DNA from: Eledone cirrhosa
Lineage: Eukaryota
Assembly: GCA_964016885.1 (NCBI GenBank)
Contig: OZ024741.1
Location: 204,042,001-204,106,000, forward strand
Direction of reading: 5' to 3'
Length of the DNA: 64,000 nt
Both the position numbers and the translations under genes were made by a program. Of the stretch, positions 1 through 11,263 are shown in pieces. How positions within the stretch are numbered: position 1 is the first letter of the stretch; the number at the start of each line of letters is the position of its first letter. Below the pieces are notes generated by a model. That model was not told the DNA's origin. It ran no database searches and saw nothing but the letters and a program-made list of their open reading frames with translations.

Positions 1-202
1 TTACAACAAAAAAACAGAACAATATATATAGAGAGCGGGGGGTAAGAGAGAGTGGTTTGAAATAGAAATAGAAGCTTTGCCATAATATTTTTTACTATAA
101 TATGGTATAATAATGGGGTGTATAAATTCACTGAACCGGAAAAGATGGGTATCAGCCTGTACATTTATATACATACATGCATATATGTATCTTCATATAT
201 AT

Positions 203-605
203 ATATTGTTATACTTTGGGAGGGTCATGCTGCCAATAAGAAACACACGCACCAGTTGCTTTCACTTCAATTTATTATAAATTTCCGGTTGGATGGTTCC
301 ACAATCGGATGGTTGTTCATATATTGTCAAAGTTCTTATGTCACACATGCGCAAACTAAGCACACAACACACACAAAAACAAGATGGCATAAGACAGAAC
401 AAAGGAGAGGCACAAAACAAATAAAAGAATCCCCAGTCACTGAAGAGGTCACAGAATGTGTGATGAAAGAACTTTGACAATATATGAACAACCATCCGGT
501 TGTGGAACCAACCAACCAACCGGAAATTTATAATGAATTGAAGTGAAAGCATCTAGTGCGTGTGATTCTTATTGGCAACATGACCCTCCCAAATTATAAC
601 AATAT
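203..605. repeat. Long inverted repeat (arms 203-337 and 467-605), PLE-terminus-like
   Basis: Arm ATATTGTTATACTTTGGGAGGGTCATG...CAAAGTTCTT is the reverse complement of AAGAACTTTG...CATGACCCTCCCAAATTATAACAATAT, with scattered mismatches. It abuts a TA-rich tract. Confidence 0.9.
436..478 (+). ncRNA. Degenerate minimal type I hammerhead ribozyme
   Basis: GTCA-CTGAAGA-G-GTCACA(gaatg)TGTGAT-GAAA-GAACTT-TGAC: stem I GTCA/TGAC, stem II, both core boxes. Stem III is degenerate. Confidence 0.6.
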
Positions 606-659
606 CGGTTTCAACACACGTTTTCAGATAAAGAATCTTGCAAAACAAATTCAGAAACG

Positions 660-701
<42 letters not shown>

Positions 702-707
<6 letters not shown>

Positions 708-856
708 AATATTACAAAAAAACGAAGGTTAAAAACTTACATTCATTCCTCCATTTCTACGTCCACTTCAATGCAGCAACAAGGGCATGTGCATGAACAA
801 TTTGAAATACATTTAAGTTAATAGGTTGTTAACCTTGCTTTTTGTAATATTGAATA
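702..856. repeat. Short inverted repeat anchored on (TA)n tract 662-703
   Basis: TCAATATTACAAAAAA..AAGGTTAA (706-732) versus TTAACCTT..TTTTTTGTAATATTGA (829-853). Confidence 0.7.
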
Positions 857-1609
857 TTAATGGTCTGCTACCTGAACTGTCCTCAACAACAAGATCTTAT
901 TCATGACTTATTCATCCATTTTAAACTCCTGATGAACTGAGGATTGTACTGTGCATAGAGCTTCTCTCATTGTACCAAAGATAATAGTGAAGTACTCCAC
1001 TATAATCACATACATTATATATATGTACATATGATGATGATGGCTGCAACTCGATTTCGAGTAATGCCATCGCTTGATACTTAAGCATGAGCATCAGGGA
1101 TGTGGCTTTTAGTCCAGCTAAGGATTCCTATGCCCAGCAATACCATGCATTGCAAAAGCACATATCAAACGATTCCTGTGCTTGAAGATTTTTTAAGTGA
1201 GGAAAGGCTTTGCACAGGGCCAATCCCACTCTTTGAACATCAAATGCATTTGCCCAAAAAGTAGAACTGGTCTACATCATTGGATGTAAACGAAGTCACA
1301 GGTTTTATATCAGAGTGACCTTCTCCAGGAGAGATATCTTAATGAAGACTAGGAGTCCCGCGCTCCACACAGAAAAAAAAACTTAATTGGATGGCCATTG
1401 ACTCTCCTGAGTTCCTCTGCTCTTTGACGGGTTTTGTTTTTCATCCCACAGGGTTTTAAAATCACCCTCCTCACCAAGAAAGCTTGGTGGGGTTGCTGGT
1501 TTAGTCACCAATGACCCGATCATGCACAGGTTATACTGGGTTACATGCTACCAGAGCGAGCTGACATAAATATATACATACATACTTACATTTAAAAAAT
1601 CCCTCCATT

Positions 1610-3728
1610 GGCTATATGAACAGAATGAAGCTACACTGGAATGAAATACATCCAGAGCTAAATCACTTCACAGCCAAACAATTATACCGACAAGCAATGT
1701 TTGTTGAATGTAAAAATAACATGAACATTATTAATTGCAAGTTCCCCAGAACAAACATGGAATCAACAACATGTGCTACAAGTCGCCACACTACTAGACT
1801 TTCTAGCAGCTAGGTCAAGCAGTCCCTTGAAACAACTATGCCTGTAAGAAATTTGACACCATGAGTCTCATCTGAGTCTACCTCGACTCTTGTGGAAAAT
1901 ACTATTGATAATAATAATAATCAAAAGTATAAACAATTTAAATCTTCCAGAGAGAAATTAATTCATGTATAAACATTTCTCTTGCTGAACATTATAAACA
2001 ACAATACTAAACAAAATAAAACCAAATAGTGAAATCTTAGGTGTTATTGACGAAATAGGGGATGAATATTTACAACGAATTAAAACTCCCACATTTTGGC
2101 AAACCAACGCCTGTTTATATGCCCTAGCAATGACAGTGAAACATTATCTTGGTGATAACAGGGATATTAACAAGGACAAAACACCACCAAAAATACCATC
2201 ATATATAACTAAAATAGAAATAAAGATTGCTGAGCTACAGAAAAATATAGGATATGTGACAATGCTCCTTACTTGTAAACAAAAACAAAAAACTTCACTC
2301 CTCACCAACAAAGAGTGAAAAATAAAATAGAAACGATGTTTGGTAACAGTACACCCAGAACTCTTCAATATAAGCTGATCACCCTCAAACAAGAATTGAG
2401 AGCTGTCATCGAGAAACGATGATACCAGAAGAGGGTAGATGAAAAAAAAGTAATTAATAAAAGATTCAGACAAAACCAAACATCAGTCTATAGAGATATG
2501 AAGGGCAAAATAATAAGTGTCACTGAGGCCCCATCCCAGAAAGACATAGATGCCTTCTGGAGAAAAATATGGGGTGAAAAGAAGATGCAGTGTGACTAAA
2601 AGAAATCCAAAAGAGCTATTGCTCCTACACTACAACAAAAACATACAAAATAAATGAGCATACCCTTGAGACTGTGATAGGAAAACTCCACGATAAGAAA
2701 ACACCAGAAAGAGACATGATTGTCGGCTACTGGTACAAAAAACTGATATTTAATCGGATGAATCTTATCGACCTCTACCAATATGTTCTTAAGGGAGATA
2801 CACTTATACCAGAATGGTTGACATTAGCACAAACAATACTGGTCCTCAAGAACAGACACCCACTTGGCAAAAAACTACCAATCCATTGCATGCCAGAACC
2901 TGATGTATAAGACGTATACAGCCTGCCTGAACCTATTTCTCCAAGATCACTGTGACAGTAATGACATCATCACAGATGAACAAGCAGCTGGAAAGAAAGA
3001 TGTTTGGGGGTGTGCTGAACACCTCCTAATCATCAGAACTGCGATGTCAAAGGTGCAACAACTTAGGAGGAATATGGCTACAGTCTGGCTGGACTACAGG
3101 AAAGCATTTGATTTTGTTCCTCACTCTTGGATGAAGTCCCAGATATTATTATCAGAGCCATAGAGGATCTATCTTCTTGGATCTATCTCCTAAAGTTAAA
3201 AACAGAGAAGGAAGACTCTATTTCCACTGATAAAATAGAATATCACAGGGGTATATTTTAAAGAGACAGTCTCTCTGTGCTGCTGTTTATCCTGTCATTA
3301 AACCCCTTGTCCTTTCTTCTCAAGAAATGTGAAGGATACAACATTGGCTCACAGAAATATAAACCTAACCTATAATTTCTTTGTAGATGAGCTGAAACTC
3401 TATACCAAGAACATAAATGGAATGAAGAAATATCTTGACTTGGTTACAACGTTCTCAAAGGATATAGGAATCGAGTTTGGCCAAGATAAATGTTCAGATA
3501 TGAGTGTAAAGCGGGGAAAAACTACAACCGAATCTAGCAACATTTGTATCAATGGCCTAACTGTTTTACCGATATCTGACAAGGACTGGTACAGCTATTT
3601 GTAATAAGGAATGTATAACCAGGGAATATTACACCCGATTAAGAAAAATATGGTCATCGGAACTCTCTGTGGCTCACAATGTGTTTGCTGTACTTGTCCT
3701 AACACCAACATTTGGAATATTCGAGTAG
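1610..3728 (+). mobile_element. Decayed R4/Dong-clade non-LTR retrotransposon (RT remnant, 3' truncated)
   Basis: Frameshifted ORF pieces: GYMNRMKLHWNEIHP, KNYQSIACQNLMYK, WLDYRKAFDFVPHSW, FVDELKLY, FSKDIGIEFGQDKC, EYYTRLRKIWSSEL...LTPTFGI. These motifs are typical of R4-clade RTs. Confidence 0.85.
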
Positions 3729-4487
3729 TCTGACATCCCCCACACCGCCACCCACTTCAACCTGTGACCGGCATGTCAGACTATATTGTGTATATATGTA
3801 TCCCCTTATGGAATTGAGCCCCTTAACAAACTACGACCACAATCATCACACCACCATAAACACGGCAACCTTTCATCCTTATCATAAACAACACCACACC
3901 CACATCACACACAAAAATCAGCCACATCTACATGCCAAACTGTCTGCCGACAACCAGCACCCCCACACCACCGCCCACTTCAACCTGCGACCGACACCAC
4001 CAACTTATCACCACACTCACCCACCCACATACACTATAGGCAAAAGCATCCCTGTGAATTAATTCACCAATCAAAACAAACCTTACTGACCACCATAGAA
4101 ACAACTGACTTTATCATACAGTATGTATTCATTTTTCCATTAACATTACAAGGGGTCTGACGAGCCGCGGATTACAGAGTCGGGTCAGATCGATACAGAT
4201 CGAACCTTGAGCTGATCAGTGACGAAACGCGCGTCACCAACCAATAAACGTAATGAAGGAGTAACCAATCATCCTTGTTATTTTATTTCACTCTGATACA
4301 CTCTGTCTAGCTCTACACCTCTACACTGAAGTGAACCTAAACATCGAGTGCTCACCCGAGTAACTCCAAGTTACACTCCCTGGATATATATATATATATA
4401 TCGATACAGATTGAACCTTGAGCTGATCAATAGTGAAACGTTTGTTACTATTCAATAAACGTAATGAAGGCATAACAAATTGTCCTT

Positions 4488-4490
<3 letters not shown>
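3729..4490 (+). mobile_element. Penelope-like element 3' end / pseudo-LTR with partial tandem copy
   Basis: C/A-rich segment, then a hammerhead and AATAAA (4243). Segment 4189-4280 is repeated in diverged form at 4401-4490 after a (TA)n. Confidence 0.55.
4154..4238 (+). ncRNA. Type I hammerhead ribozyme with extended stem II and palindromic stem III
   Basis: GGT-CTGACGA-[~60-nt hairpin GCCGC...GTGAC]-GAAA-CGCGCG-TC-ACC. GUC cleavage triplet at 4233-4235. Confidence 0.8.
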
Positions 4491-4520
<30 letters not shown>

Positions 4521-4692
4521 ACTAACAAATAATTTATCGCACTACATGGCTGAATAGAATAAATGAAATCTGAGCTTTTTGAATATTAATAATAATATTC
4601 AAGTCATTTGCAATTATGCAAACAGCTTCTTTAAAGCCATGTCAGTAAAATGACACCATCATTCTTTCTCTTGTGTTGGCATGTAAACAGAA

Positions 4693-4737
4693 CTGCAGAC
4701 ACTACTGTTTCTGGGTGATTACCCTTCATCAGTACAG
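4693..4737 (-). ncRNA. Type I hammerhead ribozyme (minus strand)
   Basis: Minus strand: CTGTA-CTGATGA-A-GGGT(AATC)ACCC-A-GAAA-CA(GTAG)TG-TC-TGCAG. All three stems pair and the GUC triplet is present. Confidence 0.8.
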
Positions 4738-4791
4738 TATACCATTTACCTGCCAACTATCAGAGCTAGTGAAAATATATGATATTTTCTC

Positions 4792-4836
4792 TTGTACTGA
4801 TGAAGGATAATCACCCAGAAACAGTAGTGTCTGCAG
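4792..4836 (+). ncRNA. Type I hammerhead ribozyme (plus-strand mirror copy)
   Basis: TTGTA-CTGATGA-A-GGAT(AATC)ACCC-A-GAAA-CA(GTAG)TG-TC-TGCAG, with one stem II mismatch. Confidence 0.75.
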
Positions 4837-4992
4837 TTCTGTTTACATGTCAACACAAGAGCAAAGATGACGGGGTCATTCTACTGACATGGCTTTAAAG
4901 AAGCTGTCTTCATAATTGCAAATGAATCGAATATTATTATTAATATTAAAAAAACTCAGATTACATTTATATATATATATATATATATATTC

Positions 4993-5156
4993 CACACTGT
5001 ACATGTGGTTGGTGTTTGGAAGGGCATCCAGACGTAGAAAACCCAGCAGACAGTCCTATGCGAGCAAGACAACCACTCTTGCCTCAAGTGGGAAAACCCC
5101 CGTCCAAACCCATGCAAGCCTGGAATATGGACGTTAAACGATGATGATGATGATGA

Positions 5157-5160
<4 letters not shown>
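4993..5160 (+). mobile_element. RTE-type 3' tail fragment with (GAT)n tail, inserted in (TA)n
   Basis: GGAAGGGCATCCAG...CCCATGCAAGC...GGACGTTAAACGATGATGAT matches the 3' UTR of the RTE at 20739-21870. Related pieces occur at 7450-7765, 26920-27090, 46840-46920 and 56240-56415. Confidence 0.75.
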
Positions 5161-5210
<50 letters not shown>

Positions 5211-5229
5211 CCCTAGGACAGGAAAATGC

Positions 5230-5307
5230 TTCTCTGATGATCGTTGCTTTTCCATTAATATCCTCGTGATATTTAATGTTTTGCACCGTGAAACTGTACA
5301 GTTAGGG
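5230..5307 (+). ncRNA. Type I hammerhead ribozyme with long stem II
   Basis: TTCT-CTGATGA-[TCGTTGC..CATTAATATC/GATATTTAATG..GCACCGT]-GAAA-CTGTACAG-TT-AGGG. Palindromic stem III, GUU triplet. Confidence 0.7.
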
Positions 5308-5429
5308 CCATTTGAATAGGTAAATATTTATATTATATTTTTTAATTTTGATTAATTTTAATTGTATATTAATTTTGATTCATTTTGAAAAATTGGTTGA
5401 ATTTTACTTGTTCTGCTTATCTCGATATA

Positions 5430-5480
<51 letters not shown>

Positions 5481-6179
5481 ATTGCAGAATTGTGTGTGTT
5501 TTATTAAGGCTTTTTATGTTTGTTCTGAGTTCAAATCCTGCAGTCAATAAAATAAGGTACCAGTAAGGAACTGGAATTTATATAATCAACCTTACCATAC
5601 CCCTCAAAATTCCTGGACATCTGCCTAATGTAGAAATCATTATTATTGTTAATTGACAGAATCAGTAGAGCATTGCACAATATGCTTTGCAACATATAGT
5701 TATGGCTCTTTACGTTCTGAATTCAAATCCCGACAAAGTTAGCTTAGACTTTCATCCTTAGAGGGTCAATTAGATTGATTTTCCCCTCCCCAAAAATTGT
5801 TGGCCTTGTGCCCAAATCAGAAACCATTGTTGTTATTGTTGTTATTACTATTTGATAATATTTATTTAAAAATTAATCTCATTTTCCAGTGACTTGAATC
5901 ATATCTCTTCCTAATTAAATCACTATTCTTTCATTTACTCTTTTGTTGATTCTTTAATTCATTCTCACTCTCTCTCTCTATATATATATATATATTTAAA
6001 AGTTAAACAAGGTTCAATGCATACATCAAATATATATATATATGTGTGTGTGTGTATATATATATGTATATATATATATATGTGTGCTTGCAAAATATCC
6101 CACATGAGCACACATACATAGACATATGTATATATGTATATACATATCTATGTATATATACATACATATATATATATAC

Positions 6180-6227
<48 letters not shown>

Positions 6228-8309
6228 TTTGTTTATCACATGTTTGTAAATATTTACGTGACAAACGAAGTATTTCTGAAGGTCAAAGTGACCTGAAGTT
6301 CTTCTGATTCCAATCTGTAGGAATTGGCTACAGCAGAGCCAATCAATATTGGACAACAACTTCCAAACTGTTCAATAGAATTACACACAAAATAATTGCT
6401 TCCTCGTTGAATCTCATTTTATTTATCCTACACTGAATTCACATAATTTTACATTGTGTAGTATAATCGCTTTGTGCCCTGGTTTATACTGCTATGTAAT
6501 GAAGAAAACTTAGCTATAAACATGGCGTATATATTGCTGAAGTGAAGGTCCATGGCTTAGTAGTTTGGGTGTTTAACTCACACTCATAAGGCCATGTGTT
6601 TGATTCCTGGAATGGTTGGTGCGCTGTGTCCTTTAGCAAGGCACTCTATTTTACATGGCCTCAGTCCAAAAAAGGAATTGTATTTGTAGTTCAAAGGACC
6701 AGCCTTATCACACAATGCTGCTTTTGGCTTAAAGACAAAATGTTTGATTTAAATGAGTTTTCATATGACACTACTTTAATTCTTTTGATGCCGAACCACC
6801 TAAAATCACCTTTAGTTCTATTATACAAAACTGTTTAGTTTTGATATTTATATTTAGCTAAAAACCTTCCATCAAAATTTTATGAAATAAAATTTGTTAA
6901 ATTATATTCGAAGAATAATCTATGTATAAATTTCTGTGATTCTGAAACAAGATGTAAAGAGAGCAGAGTAGTTTGACTACCTTACATTACATGTCTCTCT
7001 TTACTTCTGCTGTCTGCGTAAATGTATGTGTGTGTAAAAGGATGGGGGTGGTGAAAAAACTATGCTGTGTGTGAGTGTATGTGTTTGTGTGAGTTTGTGT
7101 AAATGTATATGTGTGTGTTTGTGTGAATGTATGTTTGTGAGTGTGTATTTTTGTAAGTGTGTCTGTGTTTGCACGTTTATATTTATATACTCACACATAT
7201 AAATGTATGCATATGCATGTACACACATGCACACACATATACACATATGTTCAGCATGTGGAAAAAAATTCTAGTATAAGAAAATGTAAGAAAGTAATTC
7301 AAGAAATTGTTGTTTCAAACATCAGTTTGATAATGAAAAAGTTAGTTTTATTACTTAATCCTGCCAAATTCTTGATTATTTTTTTACTTATTTGAAAACC
7401 ATAGGCAGTAACTTTCATTAAAAATATGGTAACAAAGGGGTTAATTTAACATTAACATGGTAATACAGAAGACCTGACTTCCCATGAGCACAAGCTGAAG
7501 CATATGTACAGTATGCCCCGCCCCCAACACCCCTCAACCCGCTCCCCCAAGCCCACACTGTAAAGTGGATGTGTAAAAGACACGGCAAAAAGCACCCAGC
7601 CCACAATGTAAATGTGGTTGATGTTAGGAAGGGCATCCAGCCATAGAAAACCAGCCAGAATCACCCCTATTTGAGTGAGACACAGTCACCCCACACAACT
7701 TGCCTTCAAATAGGACCCATCTAACCCATGCTAGTGAGGTAGATGGACATTAATTGCTGATGATGTCATACAATAATTTTCCACTGTAGGTAAAGTGGTG
7801 GATAGAAAGGTGCTAGACTACAAGATGTTAGGAAAGAATCTGCTCTTACAGAGATCCAAAAGTTAATGTTTTATCAAAATCTATTTGTTAGTCTGCCCCT
7901 AGCCCAGAGGTTCATCAAGCTGGAGTTCCATTGATGACTGAGAATACAAAATACTCTCTGGACGGTATACCAGTCAATGGAAGGGTTAATTCCCAACTGT
8001 TGTTGCTGCTGGAACTAATCTACTTTTAAGCCGTGTGGGCTGGAACAACATGAAATGAAATGTTTTCTAGAAGATCACAACATGCTGCCAAATTCAGGAA
8101 TTGAAGCTATTACCTTATGATCATGTGCCCCATACCTTAACCAAAAGTTACTGGTTGATTAAAATCTTTTCATTAGTTCCCTCTGTGGTAATCTTTCTGC
8201 ACTACATTCATATTTTTTCCTGTGTCAATCATTTAAATCTCCAGCAATAGCCTGTCTCAATATATAATACTCAAGGCATTAGTTTGTTGGTTGCCAGTTT
8301 TTTTTTTTT

Positions 8310-8870
8310 TTGGCTGGCTGGCTGGCTGATTGGTTAGTCATTGGTTGGTTGGCTAGTCTATTGATCGATTGATTGGTTGGTCGTTGGTAGCTCAGTCGTT
8401 AGTTGACTGGCTGGTTGGTTGGATGGTTGGCGTGCTGGTTGGCTAGCTGGTTGGTTGGTTGGTTGGTTGGCTGGTTGGTTGGTTGGTTGATAGGTTTGTT
8501 GGTTGTTGGTTGGTGCCTGGTCGTTTGGTTGGTTGGTTGGTTGACTAGTCGGCTGGTTGGCTGGTTGGTTGATTGATCATGGGCTGGTTGCTTCGTAGCT
8601 CAGTCGCTAGTTGGCTGACTGGCTGGCTGGTTGGTTCGTTCGTTCGTTCGCTGGTTGGTTGGTTCGTTCGTTCGCTGGTTGGTTGGTTCGTTGGTTTGTT
8701 GGTTCGTTGGTTGTTTGGTTGGTGTTGTTGATTCATTTTAATGTCTCTTTTAAGTAAATTCAGGCAATCCTCAGCAATCACCAGCTTTCCCTGGCAATCT
8801 TTGGTAACCTCTGACAATATTGGGCAATCTCTGGCAATTCCGAGCAATCTCCAACAATCTCCACCTATTA
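8310..8870. repeat. Degenerate (GGTT)n microsatellite followed by ~10-bp GGCAATCTCT repeats
   Basis: Direct reading of the sequence. Confidence 0.85.
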
Positions 8871-9003
8871 CCATACATAATGAAATGAAAAGCATCTATG
8901 AAATACATTAGACATTATTATCCAACTTAATTTCATTTTACATTCATTTAAATCAATTACAATCATTTTCTTTGATAGAAATTATCAAACATTATTTAAT
9001 ACC

Positions 9004-9190
9004 AGGGCGGCGGATTGGCAGTATCGGTAGAGGGTCGGACACCATGCCTTCCAGCATAGTTACGTCCCTTTATGATCTGAGTTCAAATCCCGCCGAGGTT
9101 AACTTTGCCTTTCATCCTTACGGGGTCGATAAAATAAAGTACCAGTAATGCACTGAGATAATTGCTGGCCTTGTGCCTAAAGTAGAAACA
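9004..9190 (+). mobile_element. Full-length tRNA-derived SINE with 13-bp TSD; partial tandem copies follow to ~9435
   Basis: A-box-like TGGCAGTATCGG, B-box GTTCAAATCC, TSD ATTATTTAATACC (8991-9003 / 9191-9203). Same family at 5500-5830, 15883-16050, 17058-17222, 28812-29385, 43766-44230, 47810-47950. Confidence 0.9.
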
Positions 9191-10041
9191 ATTATTTAAT
9201 ACCCTGCTTTGACGCATATAGTTACGGCCCTTGCCATTCTGAGTTCAAATCCTGCCTTTCATCCTTACGGGGTCGATAATATAAAGTACCAGTAATGCAC
9301 TGGAATAATTGCTGGCCTTGTGCCAAAAGTAGAAACAATTATTTAATTTTACATTACATACAAAATAAAGTACCAGTAATACACTGGTGATAATTGCTGG
9401 CCTTGTGCCAAAAGTAGAAACAATTATTTAATTTTACATTCATTAATATCAACTACAATTTTACATTTCACTATCTGAGATAGAATCATATAGACAATTC
9501 ACACTGTTTTGAAGACCATTACACATATAAATTGTAAAAACATGACTTACAATGTTTTATTTATTAGGAACAAAAAAAAGTAACGTCATAAATGTTGTAC
9601 GCGCCTTTCATAAATATTCAGTGTTTTTTACTCAAGAAATTACCAAAATACATTTATTTGGATATGCGCTACTCTAAACGTAAATGGTATAACTGAAGTC
9701 ATGGGAGGAATGTTACCATTAAGCCATCATTAATCTTGCTTTATTGTAAACATTTATCACTTCAATACATTTGTACAATTGCTTTGAATTGTAACGTCGT
9801 CAATGTTTGATGCTACAAGAAATATATATTTTTGTAAATAAGACAATAGAACCGTGTGGAAATGGAAGCACCAATTGAAACATAAGTTTTAAATCTCCAA
9901 AGAAGTATTGAAGAAGACAAGAAAACACAATTCGATCTTCCGACGTGGAAGAGGCTCCTATCAGAAGAAACCGTCACCGAATCATCATTTTTCTTACCTG
10001 TTGTACAAACCTGGCTGGACACAGAACACTGCACATTCTAA

Positions 10042-10954
10042 TCTATATATATAAAACTGTGGTTGTCTGTCTGTCTATCGATTTTTGGCACACATCTCCT
10101 CTTAGAATCTCTCACGGAATTGCACCGAAATTGCTATACTTGTACATTGAGCCCTAGCGAAGACATCGGAAAAAAAAATTTCAAATTGACCCACCCTATG
10201 TGACGAAATCGAATATAATGTATCGATTTTTGAGCGTAAGTGATCAGTTATTTCCCTTTGTTCTGTTTACATTGAGCGTCTTACGTAAAAAATTACGCTG
10301 GCTTTAACAGTTGTCGAGCCAGCAAAATATTGACCTGCAAAATTCATCAGTTCGAACACTAAGCTTCCGTTTTGCTTCATTTCCATTTAAAAGCATTTTA
10401 AAACAATATTTTTACTTGAAAACAAGTCTATTTAAAGACTACGTAAAACAAGCAAATATTTCGTCGTTAGGCGTGCAGACAGACAGTCGTGCAGACAGAC
10501 AGTCGTGCAGAGAGGTGATATAGGCGTGCAGACAGACAGTCGTGCAGAGAGGTGATATAGGCGTGCAGACAGACAGTCGTGCAGAGAGGTGATATAGGCG
10601 TGCAGACAGATAGTCGTGCAGAGAGGTGATATAGGCGTGCAGACAGACATAACTGATAATTTGGTTACGCTAATGTTTTTCTCTGCGTTGCAGTGTTTAC
10701 ATTTTCGATCTTTGTTAATAAATAACCAGTGCAGTTTTTATCCCCAGCATCCTCTTTTGTTATAACATTCGGGTTATCGTTATGTTTTCTTAACTTCATA
10801 AGGCATATTGTTGGTTGAGGGAATATTAATCAAAAACACCACATGCAAGTCTGCACAGTAGACACTACAGTTTTTAAGCCAAAAAAGAAACTTAACATTG
10901 TAACTTTAACACAGCTACTGAGCGACCCCGAGCAACGCCGGGCTTTACTGCTAG
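10042..10954 (+). mobile_element. Non-autonomous Helitron with internal ~37-bp tandem repeat (10468-10648)
   Basis: 5'-TCTATATATATAAAAC...CCCGagcaacgcCGGG hairpin...CTAG-3', between A and T, no TSD. The empty site CATTCTAA|TAGTTCTAT is present at ~30063. Confidence 0.93.
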
Positions 10955-11263
10955 TAGTTCTATAGAGTTATGAAATAATACATAAGCCATAGATGACGAA
11001 CATTATTAAGTAATGTTAGTTTCATGAGGAGATAAAACGCCTCCATCCTTTTGAAGGAAAAAAAAAATAATGAGTATAAATCCTGGAAAACTGTAAGTCC
11101 GGTATTGAAAAAAAAAAAAAATCACAAGGGATTGACACTCCAAATTCACTATTCTCCTTTTACTTTGCTCCACTTTTCAAATTAAATGACACGACGGTTC
11201 AGTTATATTCAAATATTGTAAGTGCGTCCATTGAGAATATCGTCTATGACAAACTGTTCAGTT

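Larger units (their letters stand above)
4559..4970. repeat. ~180-bp inverted repeat (4559-4736 / 4793-4970) whose inner ends are hammerheads
   Basis: Arms align over their full length with about 10% divergence by eye. The right arm ends at a (TA)n tract. Confidence 0.92.

Noticed and set aside
925-1000. CTGATGA motif here, and hammerhead-like hairpins at 6278-6300 and 63908-63942
   Set aside because: Core boxes or stems are incomplete.
9004-9100. tRNA gene
   Set aside because: The A/B boxes belong to a SINE head; no complete cloverleaf.
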